Positions 63,949 to 64,000 of a stretch of 64,000 bases of DNA are shown piece after piece. The notes beneath the pieces are model-generated. The model was given only the letters and a program-made list of their open reading frames with translations, had not been told where the DNA came from and made no database searches. The stretch is from Perna viridis (Eukaryota). The position numbers and the translations under genes were made by a program. Positions within the stretch are counted from its first letter, which is position 1. Each line of letters begins with the position of its first letter. Location of the stretch: the NCBI GenBank assembly GCA_037379345.1, contig CM074514.1, forward strand, positions 13,268,001 through 13,332,000, in the 5' to 3' direction.

Positions 63949-64000
63949 ACTTATGATTTGTGATACATACGGTATGTAATATCATAACATGTGGAAAATT

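Overview
AT-rich (roughly 30% GC), intron-rich animal genomic DNA. The repeat families point to a bivalve mollusc (inference). Three spliced protein-coding genes can be rebuilt with consistent GT-AG junctions and reading phases: (1) a 5'-incomplete UBE4A/Ufd2-type U-box ubiquitin conjugation factor (+, 17 exons, 289-16081); (2) a complete secreted UPF0764/C16orf89 (DUF4735)-like gene (+, 7 exons, 37221-54549, 370 aa); (3) a 5'-incomplete, catalytically intact RHBDL1/3-like rhomboid protease (-, 6 exons, 63127-57140), convergent with gene 2. Most ORFs in the supplied track are spurious or TE-derived. Non-coding DNA contains more than 12 fragments of one Penelope-like retroelement family whose RT ends with no C-terminal endonuclease, plus Helentron-type elements, PIF/Harbinger- and Kolobok-like MITEs, SINEs, minisatellites and several long inverted repeats. 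The most interesting items are structured RNA-like modules: a GC-rich SINE with no tRNA head but a 5' pseudoknot and stacked hairpins (49606-50110), a conserved stem-enclosed motif in the Penelope-like 3' UTR where 5' truncations cluster, a tandem copy of that element's exact 3' terminus, and a tRNA-Leu-like cassette caged by inverted repeats between TA runs (10362-10746).
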